DNA from: Halobacteriovoraceae bacterium
Lineage (GTDB): Bacteria; Bdellovibrionota; Bacteriovoracia; Bacteriovoracales; Bacteriovoracaceae
Assembly: GCA_963719505.1 (NCBI GenBank)
Contig: CAVRCF010000002.1
Coordinates: 128,001-192,000 of the forward strand
DNA: 64,000 bases
Reading direction: 5' to 3'
Positions 1 through 10,469 of the stretch are shown here, piece after piece (the stretch's first letter is position 1; the number at the start of each line of letters is the position of its first letter). The position numbers were made by a program, and so were the translations under genes. The notes beneath the pieces are model-generated. The model saw only the letters and a list, made by a program, of their open reading frames with translations, was not told where the DNA came from and did not search any database.

Positions 1-597
1 CTGATTTACATCTTGCATATTGTTGGCGATGCCATCAATGATATTTTCCTTTAAGGCTATCTCAGCATCAAAGCTTTCCGCTTTTGAGATCATTTTCTCA
101 AAGAGTTTTGCATTTCTTCCGCGGGCTTTAGCAAGGGACGTCACTAGGGCGACAAGATCATTAATGGCCTTGTTTCTTCCATCACTCTCTTTTATATCTT
201 CCCCTAGACCAACGGGTGTCGCAGCACCGATATTCGTCCCCTCACTCATAAAAAGCAGGTGTGCAGAGCTTGCGATAATGGCACCTGCACTGGTTGCACT
301 GGCGCCTTCTGGAGTGATCCAGATAAAGACCGGAATATCGAGACTTCCAATAAGTGTGATGATGGATTTTGTGGTCGTTACCAAGCCCCCTGGGGTGTCG
401 AGTTTTATGATGGCCGCTTGATTTTTAGAGGCACTTAAACTTTTTAGAGAACTATCTAAATAATTTAATGTCGCTGGGTTGATACTTGAGTTAACTTCAA
501 GTACTTTAAGATCCTTAATTTCATAGACGTCTTGAGCGAAAGCTAGGGCGTTAGAGACAGACAGTAATAAGAGGATGATGATTTTAACTATTTTCAT
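1..597 (-). CDS. NfeD-family membrane-bound ClpP-class serine protease, N-terminal part (runs off the window edge)
   Basis: Manual minus-strand translation from ATG 597: signal peptide MKIVKIIILLLLSVSNALA, then IIKLDTPGGLV...SAGAIIA...MSEGTNIGAATPV, typical NfeD motifs. Not in the ORF track. Confidence 0.85.
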   Translation of the reverse strand, partial: MKIVKIIILLLLSVSNALAFAQDVYEIKDLKVLEVNSSINPATLNYLDSSLKSLSASKNQAAIIKLDTPGGLVTTTKSIITLIGSLDIPVFIWITPEGASATSAGAIIASSAHLLFMSEGTNIGAATPVGLGEDIKESDGRNKAINDLVALVTSLAKARGRNAKLFEKMISKAESFDAEIALKENIIDGIANNMQDVNQ

Positions 598-627
598 TCC
601 CCGAACTTACAATCAAAAGAGCGTAAT

Positions 628-1932
628 GTGAAAAAATTAATTTTAGGTACTTTTCTAAACCCCTTAAATGACAGCAAGTGTGAGCTATTTAAAGATGGTG
701 CAATGGTTGTCAAAGAAAAGAAAATTCAAGGTGAAATGACTTATGTTGTTGATGCATTGGGTCCAGTAAAAAAAGTTTCAGCTAAATATAAAGACTATGA
801 TGAGGTGATAGATCTTAGGGATAAGATTATTATGCCTGGATTTTTTGATATGCATTTTCACTGGGTACAAGACGATGTTCGCGAGATGCCAAAAGATAAT
901 CTGCTAACTTGGTTAGATAAATATACATTTCCCGCGGAGAGGATGTTTGAAAACAAAGAGTACGCTCAAAAGAAGGCGCAGTTTTTCTTCGATCGTCTTT
1001 TAAAAACGGGAACTGTTGGGGGAGCTTGTTACTCATCAATTCATGAACATGCTCTCAATTATGCTTTCAAATACGCCAAAGGAGACTTTGTTATTGGGAA
1101 CGTTCTTATGACGATTAATTCTCCAGATTTCTTAACTCAAAAGAAATCTAAAGCTGTAAAGCTTGCGGGAAAACTGTCGGAAAAATATAAAGAGAAATAC
1201 GCTTTGACACCCAGGTTCGCTATTGCAACAGATCCAGAAACGATGAGAGAGACGGCGAAGCTTGCAAAGAAAAACAAGTCATTCTTACAGACACATTTAT
1301 CAGAAACACCCAATGAAATTGAGTTTGTAAAAAGTATTTATAAAGACATTAAAGGTTTTGAGAAAGTAAAGTCCTACACGCAGATTTACAAGAAAGTGGG
1401 GATGTTGAGTTCTAAAACAATTATGGGACATGGAATCCATTTAGATCCTGAAGAGTTGGAGATGTTGTCAAAATCAAAAACAGCTATTGCTCACTGTCCA
1501 ACTTCCAATGCACAAATAAAGGAGTTGGGTTTAGGTTCTGGACTTTTTGACTTTAAAAAAATCGAAAAAGCAAAAATCAGATGGGCATTAGCGTCAGATA
1601 TCGGCGGCGGTCCGTATGTTTCGATGTTTGATGTTATGAGGTCGTTTGTGGATCAAAACGAGAGAAAAAAGGTAAAAGGTGCGACCCACATCAAAGCTCT
1701 TTTCAGATCGACCTTGGCCGGAGCAGAGATCTTAAAACTCGGTAAGACCAGAGGTAATCTCGAAAAAGGTAAAATCGCAAATTTCATCGCTGTTGATAGG
1801 CCAAAAAGTATAAATTCGAGTGATAAAGCTGAACAGATTTTGAAAAAAATTATTGCGACTCATAAGAATGAAAGAAATCTCTACGATGACATGGTTGCCC
1901 AAGTCTTTTTTCACGGAGAAAGGGTAGACTAA
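628..1932 (+). CDS. guaD: Guanine deaminase (amidohydrolase)
   Basis: PGFFDMHFH, LLTWLDKYTFPAE, TPRFA, QTHLSE, AHCPTSN and SDIGGG motifs. Confidence 0.85.
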   Translation: MKKLILGTFLNPLNDSKCELFKDGAMVVKEKKIQGEMTYVVDALGPVKKVSAKYKDYDEVIDLRDKIIMPGFFDMHFHWVQDDVREMPKDNLLTWLDKYTFPAERMFENKEYAQKKAQFFFDRLLKTGTVGGACYSSIHEHALNYAFKYAKGDFVIGNVLMTINSPDFLTQKKSKAVKLAGKLSEKYKEKYALTPRFAIATDPETMRETAKLAKKNKSFLQTHLSETPNEIEFVKSIYKDIKGFEKVKSYTQIYKKVGMLSSKTIMGHGIHLDPEELEMLSKSKTAIAHCPTSNAQIKELGLGSGLFDFKKIEKAKIRWALASDIGGGPYVSMFDVMRSFVDQNERKKVKGATHIKALFRSTLAGAEILKLGKTRGNLEKGKIANFIAVDRPKSINSSDKAEQILKKIIATHKNERNLYDDMVAQVFFHGERVD

Positions 1933-1969
1933 GTTCTCGTCAAATTCTATGATACAGCTTGGAGATGCC

Positions 1970-2620
1970 ATGAAAAAAATCTTATTTTTAGCTCTTGGAT
2001 TGAGCTTGTTTTTGAACTTATACCTTATTGACTCAAGTGTTGAAGTTGTTAATGACTTTGATGAAAAGCCAATAGAGAGAGTTAAAAAAGAGAAGTCTTT
2101 GCAAGACAAGGTTATCTTGGCACAGTCTTCCATCTCGAAAAAAATTCAAGCAAATGCAAATCTTTGTGCATGCCCAAGTTTAGACGATACCGACAAAGAA
2201 GTTTCAAAAGCTCCTGAGAGAAAAGTCTATGACGAAGAAACGGCTGCAAAAAAGATGAAACAAATAACGAAAGATTGGCATAAAAAATCTCACGATTTTC
2301 TTTTTAATGAGTTACGCCTAAGGGAAGAACAAATCGAGCGCTATAAAGAATTGGTGCTGATGAGAAAACAAGAAGCCGACGAGTTCTTTAGTCCAAAGGT
2401 CAAGCGTGCTGAGGAAAATGCAAAATTAAATAACGAAGAAAATGCTTATTATATTCATTCTACTGAGGACACTGTTTTTATGGGAAAATTGGCCGAGCGC
2501 TATGATTCACTACTAAGACAAAACTTTGGAGATCAAGCTTTTTCTGACTATAAAAAGTTTATAAATAAATATAACAAAGAGATAGCGAAAGAAGATTTCT
2601 TTTATCCCATTGAGTTCTAG
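1970..2620 (+). CDS. Hypothetical protein with N-terminal membrane anchor
   Basis: GGAG RBS before ATG 1970; hydrophobic N-terminus; charged helical body. Confidence 0.65.
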   Translation: MKKILFLALGLSLFLNLYLIDSSVEVVNDFDEKPIERVKKEKSLQDKVILAQSSISKKIQANANLCACPSLDDTDKEVSKAPERKVYDEETAAKKMKQITKDWHKKSHDFLFNELRLREEQIERYKELVLMRKQEADEFFSPKVKRAEENAKLNNEENAYYIHSTEDTVFMGKLAERYDSLLRQNFGDQAFSDYKKFINKYNKEIAKEDFFYPIEF

Positions 2621-2886
2621 TAAAAAAGAAAACAAATATTTCCTCTTGCTACTTTGCTATTGTCTCTAACTCATTGATTTGATTCCTAAGAACAATTGAC
2701 AGTGCGCCAATGAAGCTTGATATAAGGCGACACAAGCATTTTCTTTTTTTACCTATCACTTTTTTTTTCTTTTTTTGTGGCAGAATTATAAAACCAAAAC
2801 AGGGATTGTTTTTTTTAAAAACATGCAGACAATTCATAAAAACTGTTTATTATAGAGACCTCATTTAAAATATTTTAGGAGACTAA

Positions 2887-3258
2887 ATGCGTTGCTTTAA
2901 AAACATTGCCGAACTAATAAAAAGTAAAAGACTTCAACACCCCAAAGCTTATTCTCAATCAGAGTTGTCACATTTATTAGGTTATAAAAATGGTCAGTTT
3001 ATTTCAAACGTTGAAAGAGCGCTTTGTAATATTCCTCTCAAGATGCTGGGTAAGGTGTCTGAGGTTTTAGATATTACTCCTGAGACTTTAAAAGAAGCTA
3101 TCCTTAAGGATCATGAGGAGACTTTAAATAACTATCTTGAAACTTCTATGGGGACTTCTGCAAATGTCTCTAGCTTAAGAACAGACACAAGTGATCACAG
3201 CGCGACTGCCGCATCTTTTACAGATAATAATACCTTTAAAATGTCATCTAATTCGTAG
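2887..3258 (+). CDS. XRE-family helix-turn-helix regulator
   Basis: SQSELSHLLGYKNGQFISNVER HTH signature; AGGAG RBS. Confidence 0.85.
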   Translation: MRCFKNIAELIKSKRLQHPKAYSQSELSHLLGYKNGQFISNVERALCNIPLKMLGKVSEVLDITPETLKEAILKDHEETLNNYLETSMGTSANVSSLRTDTSDHSATAASFTDNNTFKMSSNS

Positions 3259-3285
3259 AGTTAAAAAGAATAGGCTATGAAAAAT

Positions 3286-3870
3286 TTAAACTGATTGTTT
3301 GTATTTTTCGTAGTCTTCCATAGTCCCAGCAGATTCTTCAGTATCATCGGCCCAAGAAGCTTCTTTTTGTTTTGGAAGTAAATGCGGATCTTCAAATTCA
3401 CCTTCAAAACTTACTTCATCACCAACAGGTTCTAAATCGTAAGTGGTAGAGAATTGTCTATCTTCTGGATATAAGTTTACTCTTTTGGCTATAACTTCTT
3501 TTTGCCAATCAAGTTGAAGGGTCGATTCATAATTATACAAATTGCGTCTGCTTTTTTCTAAGTTGGCGACCACTTTATCTAACTGTCGTCCTGATAATCT
3601 ACCGTGAACCTCGGAGTACTTCTTTCTTGCAATAAGGTGTTGCTCAAGGAGGTTGTCGTACTTTTGCAAAACCCTTGCAGGTGTCAGGGTTTTTGGTCTT
3701 CTATTTTTGTTACTTGGTCTTTTCTTGGTTGTGCTTGATTTAGCAGCGCCATCAGCTTTCTTTGCACCTTGAGGAGCTTTATCTCCAGTGTTCGGCTTTT
3801 TCTTATTTTTATTATATCGTTTTTTAGGTCGATTATTTGATTTAGGTTTATTGGCTTTTTCTTCAGTCAT
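3286..3870 (-). CDS. Hypothetical protein with basic low-complexity N-terminus
   Basis: 194-aa ORF with AGGAG RBS. Confidence 0.7.
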   Translation of the reverse strand: MTEEKANKPKSNNRPKKRYNKNKKKPNTGDKAPQGAKKADGAAKSSTTKKRPSNKNRRPKTLTPARVLQKYDNLLEQHLIARKKYSEVHGRLSGRQLDKVVANLEKSRRNLYNYESTLQLDWQKEVIAKRVNLYPEDRQFSTTYDLEPVGDEVSFEGEFEDPHLLPKQKEASWADDTEESAGTMEDYEKYKQSV

Positions 3871-4038
3871 GACAATGTGCTCCTAGAAGCATTTAAATTT
3901 AACTCTAGCGAAATAGTAACCTTTTAGGGGTTTATTTGTCTAATTTATTCCATCTTGTTCATTTACTAGATGGGGCGCATTCGTTATAATTGGGGCGTTT
4001 TAAGTCTGTTAAATATAAATCACCTTGGAGGGTACAAA

Positions 4039-5075
4039 ATGACAAAAAGAGTCAGAGTTGCTGTAACAGGTCCAGCCGGTCAAATTGGATATGCTATTTT
4101 TTTTAGAATCGCTTCTGGTCAGATGTTTGGAACGGATGTTCAGGTTGATTTAAACTTCTCGAATTGCCTCAAGCCCTTGGAGCACTTGAGGGTGTGAAGA
4201 TGGAGCTTGATGATTGTGCTTTCCCACTTTTAAAGAGTATCATTTGTACGGATAAGATGGATGTTGCTTTTAAAGATGCAAACTGGATTTTAGCTATTGG
4301 TGCTGTTCCAAGAAAAGACGGAATGGAGAGAGCGGATCTTCTTAAAGTTAATGGCGGAATCTTTGGACCACTTGGTAAAGCAATGGCGAAAGTATCAGCG
4401 CCAGATTCAAAACTTTTTGTTGTTGGAAACCCATGTAATACAAACTGTTATATTGCGATGAAAGCTTCTGGTTTAGCTCCAGATAGATTTTATGCTATGA
4501 CGACTCTTGATGAAAATAGAGCTAAGACTCAATTGGCCCAAAAAGCTGGTGTCGATGTTACAAAAGTGACTAATATGACTATTTGGGGAAATCACTCTGC
4601 AACTCAATACCCAGATTTTTACAATGCAAAAATCAATGGGAAAAGTGCTGCTGAAGTTATCAATGATCAGAAGTGGTTTAAGGAAACTTTTATTCCAACT
4701 GTTCAAAAGAGAGGAGCCGCGATCATTAAAGCCCGTGGAGCTTCAAGTGCAGCGAGTGCTGCTAACGCTGCCGTTCAAGGAATTTACAATTTGACTCACG
4801 ATACTCCAAAAGGTGAAACATTTTCAATGTGTCTAGCATCTAACGGACAGTATGGAGTGGATGAGGAACTCATTTTCTCTTACCCGTGTCGTGTTGAAAA
4901 TGGAAAGCTGAAAGTTGTTGAAGGTGTTGAGCATAATGAGTTTGGAAAAGAGAAATTCAATGCAACATTAGAAGAATTAAAGAGTGAAAGAGAAACAGTT
5001 AAGGAATTAGGTTTATTTAAGTTATTTATAAGCAAGGAGTCCCTTAAACAGGGGACTCCTTTTTTTTGCGCATAG
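4039..5075 (+). CDS. mdh: Malate dehydrogenase, interrupted by a frameshift near 4155; probable second slip near the natural stop (~5020)
   Basis: [13 protein letters not shown] in one frame continues as [10 protein letters not shown]...VGNPCNTN...IWGNHS...RGASSAAS in another; the 3' end reads through a terminator hairpin. Confidence 0.9.
5034..5067 (+). terminator. Intrinsic terminator after mdh
   Basis: AAGGAGTCCC-loop-GGGACTCCTT followed by a T-run. Confidence 0.85.
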
Positions 5076-5097
5076 GCGTGTTTAAGAGGAAGAAGTC

Positions 5098-5877
5098 GTG
5101 GTCGATTATACAACAGAAGAGAAAATTAAATTATCCGGTTTTAATAATTTAACAAAGATTTTAAGTTTTAACTTGTACGATTTTTGTATCACATTCGATG
5201 ATAAGGAAAAGGAACGTTATATAAACTGGATTAACGAAAAATACTCCTCTGCAAAAATTTTAGAAATTTCACGAAATATTTGTAAAATTATTGACTCTGA
5301 TATTATTTCTGAATCTAAAATGGATTACGATCCTGTTGGTGCCAGCACAATGACTCTTATGAGTGATGTTCAAGGTGGTAAATGGGAGCCAGTCTCAAAT
5401 GAGGGAAATGGTTACTCTGCACATCTAACAAAGTCTCACCTCACAAGTCACACTTATCCTGATGCTTCGGAACCAAATGGAATTTGTACTTTTAGAGTTG
5501 ATTTTGATATCGCCACTTGTGGAGATATTATTCCTCTAACGGCGATCAATTATCTCTTTGAGGCTTTTGCGTGTGATGTCGTTTATATCGACTATGTCGT
5601 AAGAGGTTACACGAGACCTGATAGTGGAAAGAAGATTTATAATGATCAGTACTTTAATTCAATTCAAGATTTTATTGATCCTAAAGTTCTTAGAGACTAT
5701 AAATTTAAGTCAGATTTAAATATTCCAAGAGATAATATTTGGCAAACAAAGCTCATGGCCAAAGAAATGGGGCCAGAGAGATTTGTTTTTGATCAAAAAG
5801 ATATCAATCATCCTGAAATAGATAAAAAGATGAAAAACCTCTACAAGGAAATGGAAGAAGTTTATCACCAGTCATAG
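5098..5877 (+). CDS. speD: S-adenosylmethionine decarboxylase proenzyme (E. coli-type)
   Basis: KLSGFNNLTK N-terminus; HLTKSHLTSHTYP self-cleavage region; IDYVVRGYTR. Confidence 0.9.
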   Translation: MVDYTTEEKIKLSGFNNLTKILSFNLYDFCITFDDKEKERYINWINEKYSSAKILEISRNICKIIDSDIISESKMDYDPVGASTMTLMSDVQGGKWEPVSNEGNGYSAHLTKSHLTSHTYPDASEPNGICTFRVDFDIATCGDIIPLTAINYLFEAFACDVVYIDYVVRGYTRPDSGKKIYNDQYFNSIQDFIDPKVLRDYKFKSDLNIPRDNIWQTKLMAKEMGPERFVFDQKDINHPEIDKKMKNLYKEMEEVYHQS

Positions 5878-5914
5878 GCTATAAAATCAATAGTTTAGAT
5901 ATAGAAAGAATCCT

Positions 5915-5941
5915 TTAGTTCCTCCTCAGTTTAACCGAATA
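5915..5941 (+). promoter_or_regulatory. Sigma28/FliA-like promoter
   Basis: TTAG-N15-ACCGAATA ending 18 bp before ATG 5960. Confidence 0.5.
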
Positions 5942-5959
5942 GTTGACTGAGGTAATTTT

Positions 5960-7960
5960 ATGAAGAACTTGTTTATTCTAACAATTATAGTTTTTAGTTT
6001 TCTATCACACGCTAATGATGTGTGTGAGATGATGTTTAAGGTTCGCTACCCCGGTAAATTAACCAAGGTTGCAACAAAAACAGCAGCAGAAAACTATAGT
6101 AAGCTATCAAAAAGTGTTAAAAGTTTAGAGACCAAAGAAGTCAAAATAGCTTTCGGTAAGAAACAAACCACTCCAACGAAATACCTTCAAGAAATACGTA
6201 AGCACTATACTGGTAAAAATGTAACAGCAAGTTACAAACCTAAAGATCACTTTGATGAGATTGATGACGTTTATAATGCGGTTAAAGAGATGCCTGAGGA
6301 AGTTGTTGTCAAAAAACTTCAAGAGTCGATGAAAAGATATTCCGAAGGTTATAAAGCTTCGATGGGGACGGATTTAAAAATTCCAGGAGTTGATGCGGAT
6401 TACGATGGACAGACACTTAATAGTCTTTTCCAAAAAGCGATAAAAGGTGATGCTTCAGACTTTAATAAATACATTGATAACTTTTTAGTGACTGATCCGA
6501 ATACAAATAAACTCGATCTTCTGAGAGCTGAGCTTATGTCTTGGTATGGTCAAGAGATGGACATGTTCTATGAGCCCCTTATTAATCAAGTTAAAAGGAA
6601 AGCCTCTACTTCAACTGATAACGGTGTAACCGTAACGAAAAAACAGATTTCAGAATGGAAGAAAAGAGCTGACTATATTGAAGAAGTAAAAGAGGCTAAA
6701 TTTAAAATATCCAGGGCCATCAATCGACTTGAGTCCTTTCAAAACTCGCAAGTCAAGCGCGTGGGAATGGATGACTTTGTCATGACAAGAAATGGGAATC
6801 TCGATAAGTTAACCTATCTCGAGCTTTCAGATTATGAAACTTATTCTCGATCACTTATTTATGATCTTTCTAATAACGGATCACTTAAAAGAGTCAACGG
6901 TAAAGAGTTTAAACTACCTACAAAAGATGCTGGACATAAAGATATCAAAAAAATGTACAGTGATCTGGATGAAGGAAATTTAGGAATCCTCTCTATTGAA
7001 GAATACAGAGACATTGTTTCTAAAAATGCCTTCCCAATGTTTGTTAAACGCCACGATATGAGACATGTCCACTATGCACTTTCTCATCCACGAGCTCTTG
7101 GAGCGGTGATGGGGGCTACTCGCTCACAAAACCATCTACGTTTTACTCAACTGGGAGGAATGTACGAGGCAATTGAAACCGTCCAATATGGCTTCGAGCA
7201 ATCGATCGCACAATATTTTTCAAGAAAAATTGATCAGAATACTTTTATGATGATGAAAAGAAATTTGGACCTAGAAGAGTCGATGCTCACACTTGCCACG
7301 ACTCCTAGAGTTTTCTCTTATGGGATAGGAGAAGCTCACGGTTACGGATACCACTGGAGAGATAGTGTGAAATCCCTCAAAGGCTGGGCCCTAAAACGGT
7401 GGTGAACTCTTCTCAAGAGGTTGTTATCGATGGCTCTTTAAGATTAAAAAGAGGTGTTGTTGACGGGAAGGAGAAATTTATTAAGGTGGCAAAAATTAAA
7501 AATCCTGATGGAACAATTCAAGAGCTTCCTGTCTATATGGACTCCTCTGGTAAATATAGTTCCAGAACAGAAGTTGACCCCAATATGGCATCTTTTCAAG
7601 AAGACATAGAGATGATGGTTAAAAATCAACAAGAGCAGCTCGAAAAATATAATGCTGTTAGAGAGATCTGTTGTAAAAAGAGCAAATGAAAAAAATAAAT
7701 ATTGGTATGAAGTCATGACTGAGGAAGAGGAAGTTCTTTTTCATATGTACAATTATCAAAAAGATCCAGAAAGAGCGGCTGTGAATGTTTTTATTAAAAA
7801 TGAAACAGGTGAAGCCGTAAGTGATATTTCTTATATTAATGAGCAGATGTTGAGTCCTGATGGGGCTAAATGGAAAAATGATGGTAGAGCTCATTACTCA
7901 GGAGATGGAACCACAGGAGAGTTTGGCTTTGGTTCCGGGACGAATGTTCCAGGCGAGTAA
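5960..7960 (+). CDS. Large secreted hypothetical protein split into three ORFs by two compensating frameshifts
   Basis: Signal peptide; overlapping ORFs 5960-7405, 7399-7689, 7652-7960, with the first and third in the same frame. Confidence 0.6.
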
Positions 7961-8022
7961 ACGCATCAAGTCGTGAATTATAAAAATTAAGCCTTTAAAA
8001 TATTCCTCTACAAGGAATAGCT

Positions 8023-9462
8023 ATGGGCCAAGAGATCGAGTCAAGTCAATTTGATTCTGAAGATTTAAAACTATTTAAAGAAAAGTTGAAGCAAGAGACA
8101 AAAGTTTTGAAGTCTTGGTTTGATGATTCTCGCTTTGAAAAAGAACAGGCCAAAATAGGTATTGAACTTGAAGGTTGGCTTCTCGATAAAGATTATCTAC
8201 CCGCAGCCATTGGAAATGAGTTTTTAGCTCATCTCAATAATCCTCAAGTCGTACCAGAAATTTCTACTTTTAATTTTGAAATAAATAGTTCTCCCTATCC
8301 TTTTAAAGGCGACTCAATCGATCTGCTAAAAAAGGAGATGGAGAGTATTTGGAAATCATGCTGTGAAAGTGCAGACGCCCTTGAGAGCATTCCAACATTC
8401 ATGGGGACCTTGGCCACTTTGAGACCTGATATGCTCTCGCTTGATTGTATCTCGTCAAACAAGCGCTATAAAGCGATGAATGATGAAGTGATGCGCTTTA
8501 GAAAACAAAAACCTGTGAGCATTCATTTAGAAGGCAAAGACGAGTTTAGAATCGAGATGGATTCTGTTATCACTGAATGCGCGGCAACGAGTTTACAGAT
8601 TCACCTGGGTGTTTCTCAAAAAGAGGCCAAAAGGTATTATAATGCATCTGTTATATCCTCTGCCTTTACAGTTGCCGTGTCGGCAAACTCACCTTACTTT
8701 TTTGGTAAAGAACTTTGGGATGAGTCTAGAATAGCGGCTTTTGAGCAATCAGTGGAGATGAAAAGCTACCTCGAAAATAAAAATGAATTCATCACAAGAG
8801 TGACCTTAGGAGCGGATTACGTTAAAGAATCTTTGTTTGAACTCTTTGAAGAAAATGAGAAAGATTATCTTGTTTTATTACCAGAGGTTCACCCAGAACT
8901 GGAAGCTGAAGAATTTGCTCATCTTAAACTTCACAATGGAACCATTTGGCGCTGGACAAGACCAATTATTGGAGAAAGTGGAGAGGGAAAGAAACATTTA
9001 AGAATTGAGCAGAGAACCCCAAGTGCAGGACCCACGATTGTAGACTCTATCGCAAATAGTGTTTTCTTTTTAGGTTTATGTGACTATTTAGCTCAGATGG
9101 AAACACCTCCTGAAGACTTACTTTCTTTTAAAGATAATAAAGAGAATTTTTACACTGCCGCAAAGCAAAGCATGTATTGCCGTGTTACCTGGTTGGATGG
9201 AGAAAAGCACGATATTGTAAAACTCATTCAAAGTGATCTTCTTCCCGGAATTAAGACCTGTCTGCTCAAGCGTGGAGTTGCTAAAAAAGACATAGACTAT
9301 TATATTGGAGAGATCATTCAAGGGCGACTTGATAAAGGTATCAATGGTGCTAGATGGCAAAAAGCTTGGATTCATCACCATGGAAAGAAATTTCAAGAGC
9401 TCATGGAAGTCTATATTAAAAATCAAAAAAGTGGACAACCGGTTCATACTTGGAGCATTTAA
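8023..9462 (+). CDS. Glutamate-cysteine ligase family 2 (GCS2)/carboxylate-amine ligase
   Basis: IGIELEGWL, NFEIN, TSLQIHL, ANSPYFFG, HNGTIWRWTRP, HLRIEQR motifs. Confidence 0.85.
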   Translation: MGQEIESSQFDSEDLKLFKEKLKQETKVLKSWFDDSRFEKEQAKIGIELEGWLLDKDYLPAAIGNEFLAHLNNPQVVPEISTFNFEINSSPYPFKGDSIDLLKKEMESIWKSCCESADALESIPTFMGTLATLRPDMLSLDCISSNKRYKAMNDEVMRFRKQKPVSIHLEGKDEFRIEMDSVITECAATSLQIHLGVSQKEAKRYYNASVISSAFTVAVSANSPYFFGKELWDESRIAAFEQSVEMKSYLENKNEFITRVTLGADYVKESLFELFEENEKDYLVLLPEVHPELEAEEFAHLKLHNGTIWRWTRPIIGESGEGKKHLRIEQRTPSAGPTIVDSIANSVFFLGLCDYLAQMETPPEDLLSFKDNKENFYTAAKQSMYCRVTWLDGEKHDIVKLIQSDLLPGIKTCLLKRGVAKKDIDYYIGEIIQGRLDKGINGARWQKAWIHHHGKKFQELMEVYIKNQKSGQPVHTWSI

Positions 9463-10469
9463 TGCAGTTAAAAGTTATTGAAACGATTCCAAATGAGCTT
9501 CTTAAGTGCGAGGCTCAGGATATCCACCGCATTTTAGGTGGGCCAACGATCATTCATCTCAAAGGTGATAAACCCAGTGCCGTGTTTGTCAGTTGTCTTT
9601 TACACGGGAATGAAGTGACTGGCTTTTATACTGTTCAAAGATTGTTGCAGTCTCTGGTTGATCGGAAAGCTCAAAGAGATATTATATTATTTTTTGGAAA
9701 TACTTTAGCCGCTCAAACGGGTGAGAGGCATTTATTTAATCAGCCCGATTATAATAGGATCTGGCAAGAGGGAGACCTTCCAGAAAATAAATTGGCGATG
9801 GATGTTTTAGATTACGTCAAAGATAAAAATCTTTTTGCCTGTTTAGATATTCATAACAACTCGGGAAAAAACCCTTATTATGGTTGTGTTAATTACGTTG
9901 AAAAGAACTGGATTCAATTGGCAGGCTTATTTTCTAAAAAAATTGTCTATTTTACTGAGCCCTCTGAGGTTCTTTCAAATTCATTTTCAAATTTTTGTCC
10001 CTCGGTGACAATTGAAGCGGGTCTTCCTGGAAAAGAGGAAGGTATTAAGACTGTATTGGCCTACCTTAAAGATGTCATCAACCTTGAGTCTTTCGATGAG
10101 AACTTTGATCCTCTATCGGTTGACGTTTTTCATACTATCGGACGCATTATGGTTGAACCAACTTGTAGTGTGGATTTTGATAATAAAAAAGACTCACAAA
10201 GTGATCTATCCCTTGCCTCAGATATCGATGAAAATAACTTTGAAGTCGTTCCAAAATCAACTCATTTTGGCTACGCTAAAAACTTAGACTTTGTGAAAGC
10301 TATTAATAATAAAGATGAGACGATTACAGAAGATATTTTTTGCCTCAAAGAGGGGAGTCTTCAATCAAATAGAATCTTTATTCCGGCCATGTTCACCAAG
10401 GATATTTTTATTATGAAAGAAGATTGTATGGGGTACATTATGGAAAAGGTGATACCCCTTAAAATTTAG
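9462..10469 (+). CDS. M14-family (succinylglutamate desuccinylase/aspartoacylase-like) metallopeptidase
   Basis: LHGNE, DYNRIW, LDIHNN, TIEAG; TAATG coupling to the upstream ligase. Confidence 0.85.
   Translation: MQLKVIETIPNELLKCEAQDIHRILGGPTIIHLKGDKPSAVFVSCLLHGNEVTGFYTVQRLLQSLVDRKAQRDIILFFGNTLAAQTGERHLFNQPDYNRIWQEGDLPENKLAMDVLDYVKDKNLFACLDIHNNSGKNPYYGCVNYVEKNWIQLAGLFSKKIVYFTEPSEVLSNSFSNFCPSVTIEAGLPGKEEGIKTVLAYLKDVINLESFDENFDPLSVDVFHTIGRIMVEPTCSVDFDNKKDSQSDLSLASDIDENNFEVVPKSTHFGYAKNLDFVKAINNKDETITEDIFCLKEGSLQSNRIFIPAMFTKDIFIMKEDCMGYIMEKVIPLKI

Noticed and set aside
20-421. 133-aa plus-strand ORF
   Set aside because: Antisense shadow of the NfeD gene on the minus strand.
2649-2837. 62-aa minus-strand ORF over T-rich DNA
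   Set aside because: Low-complexity intergenic A/T tracts in the promoter region of the HTH gene.
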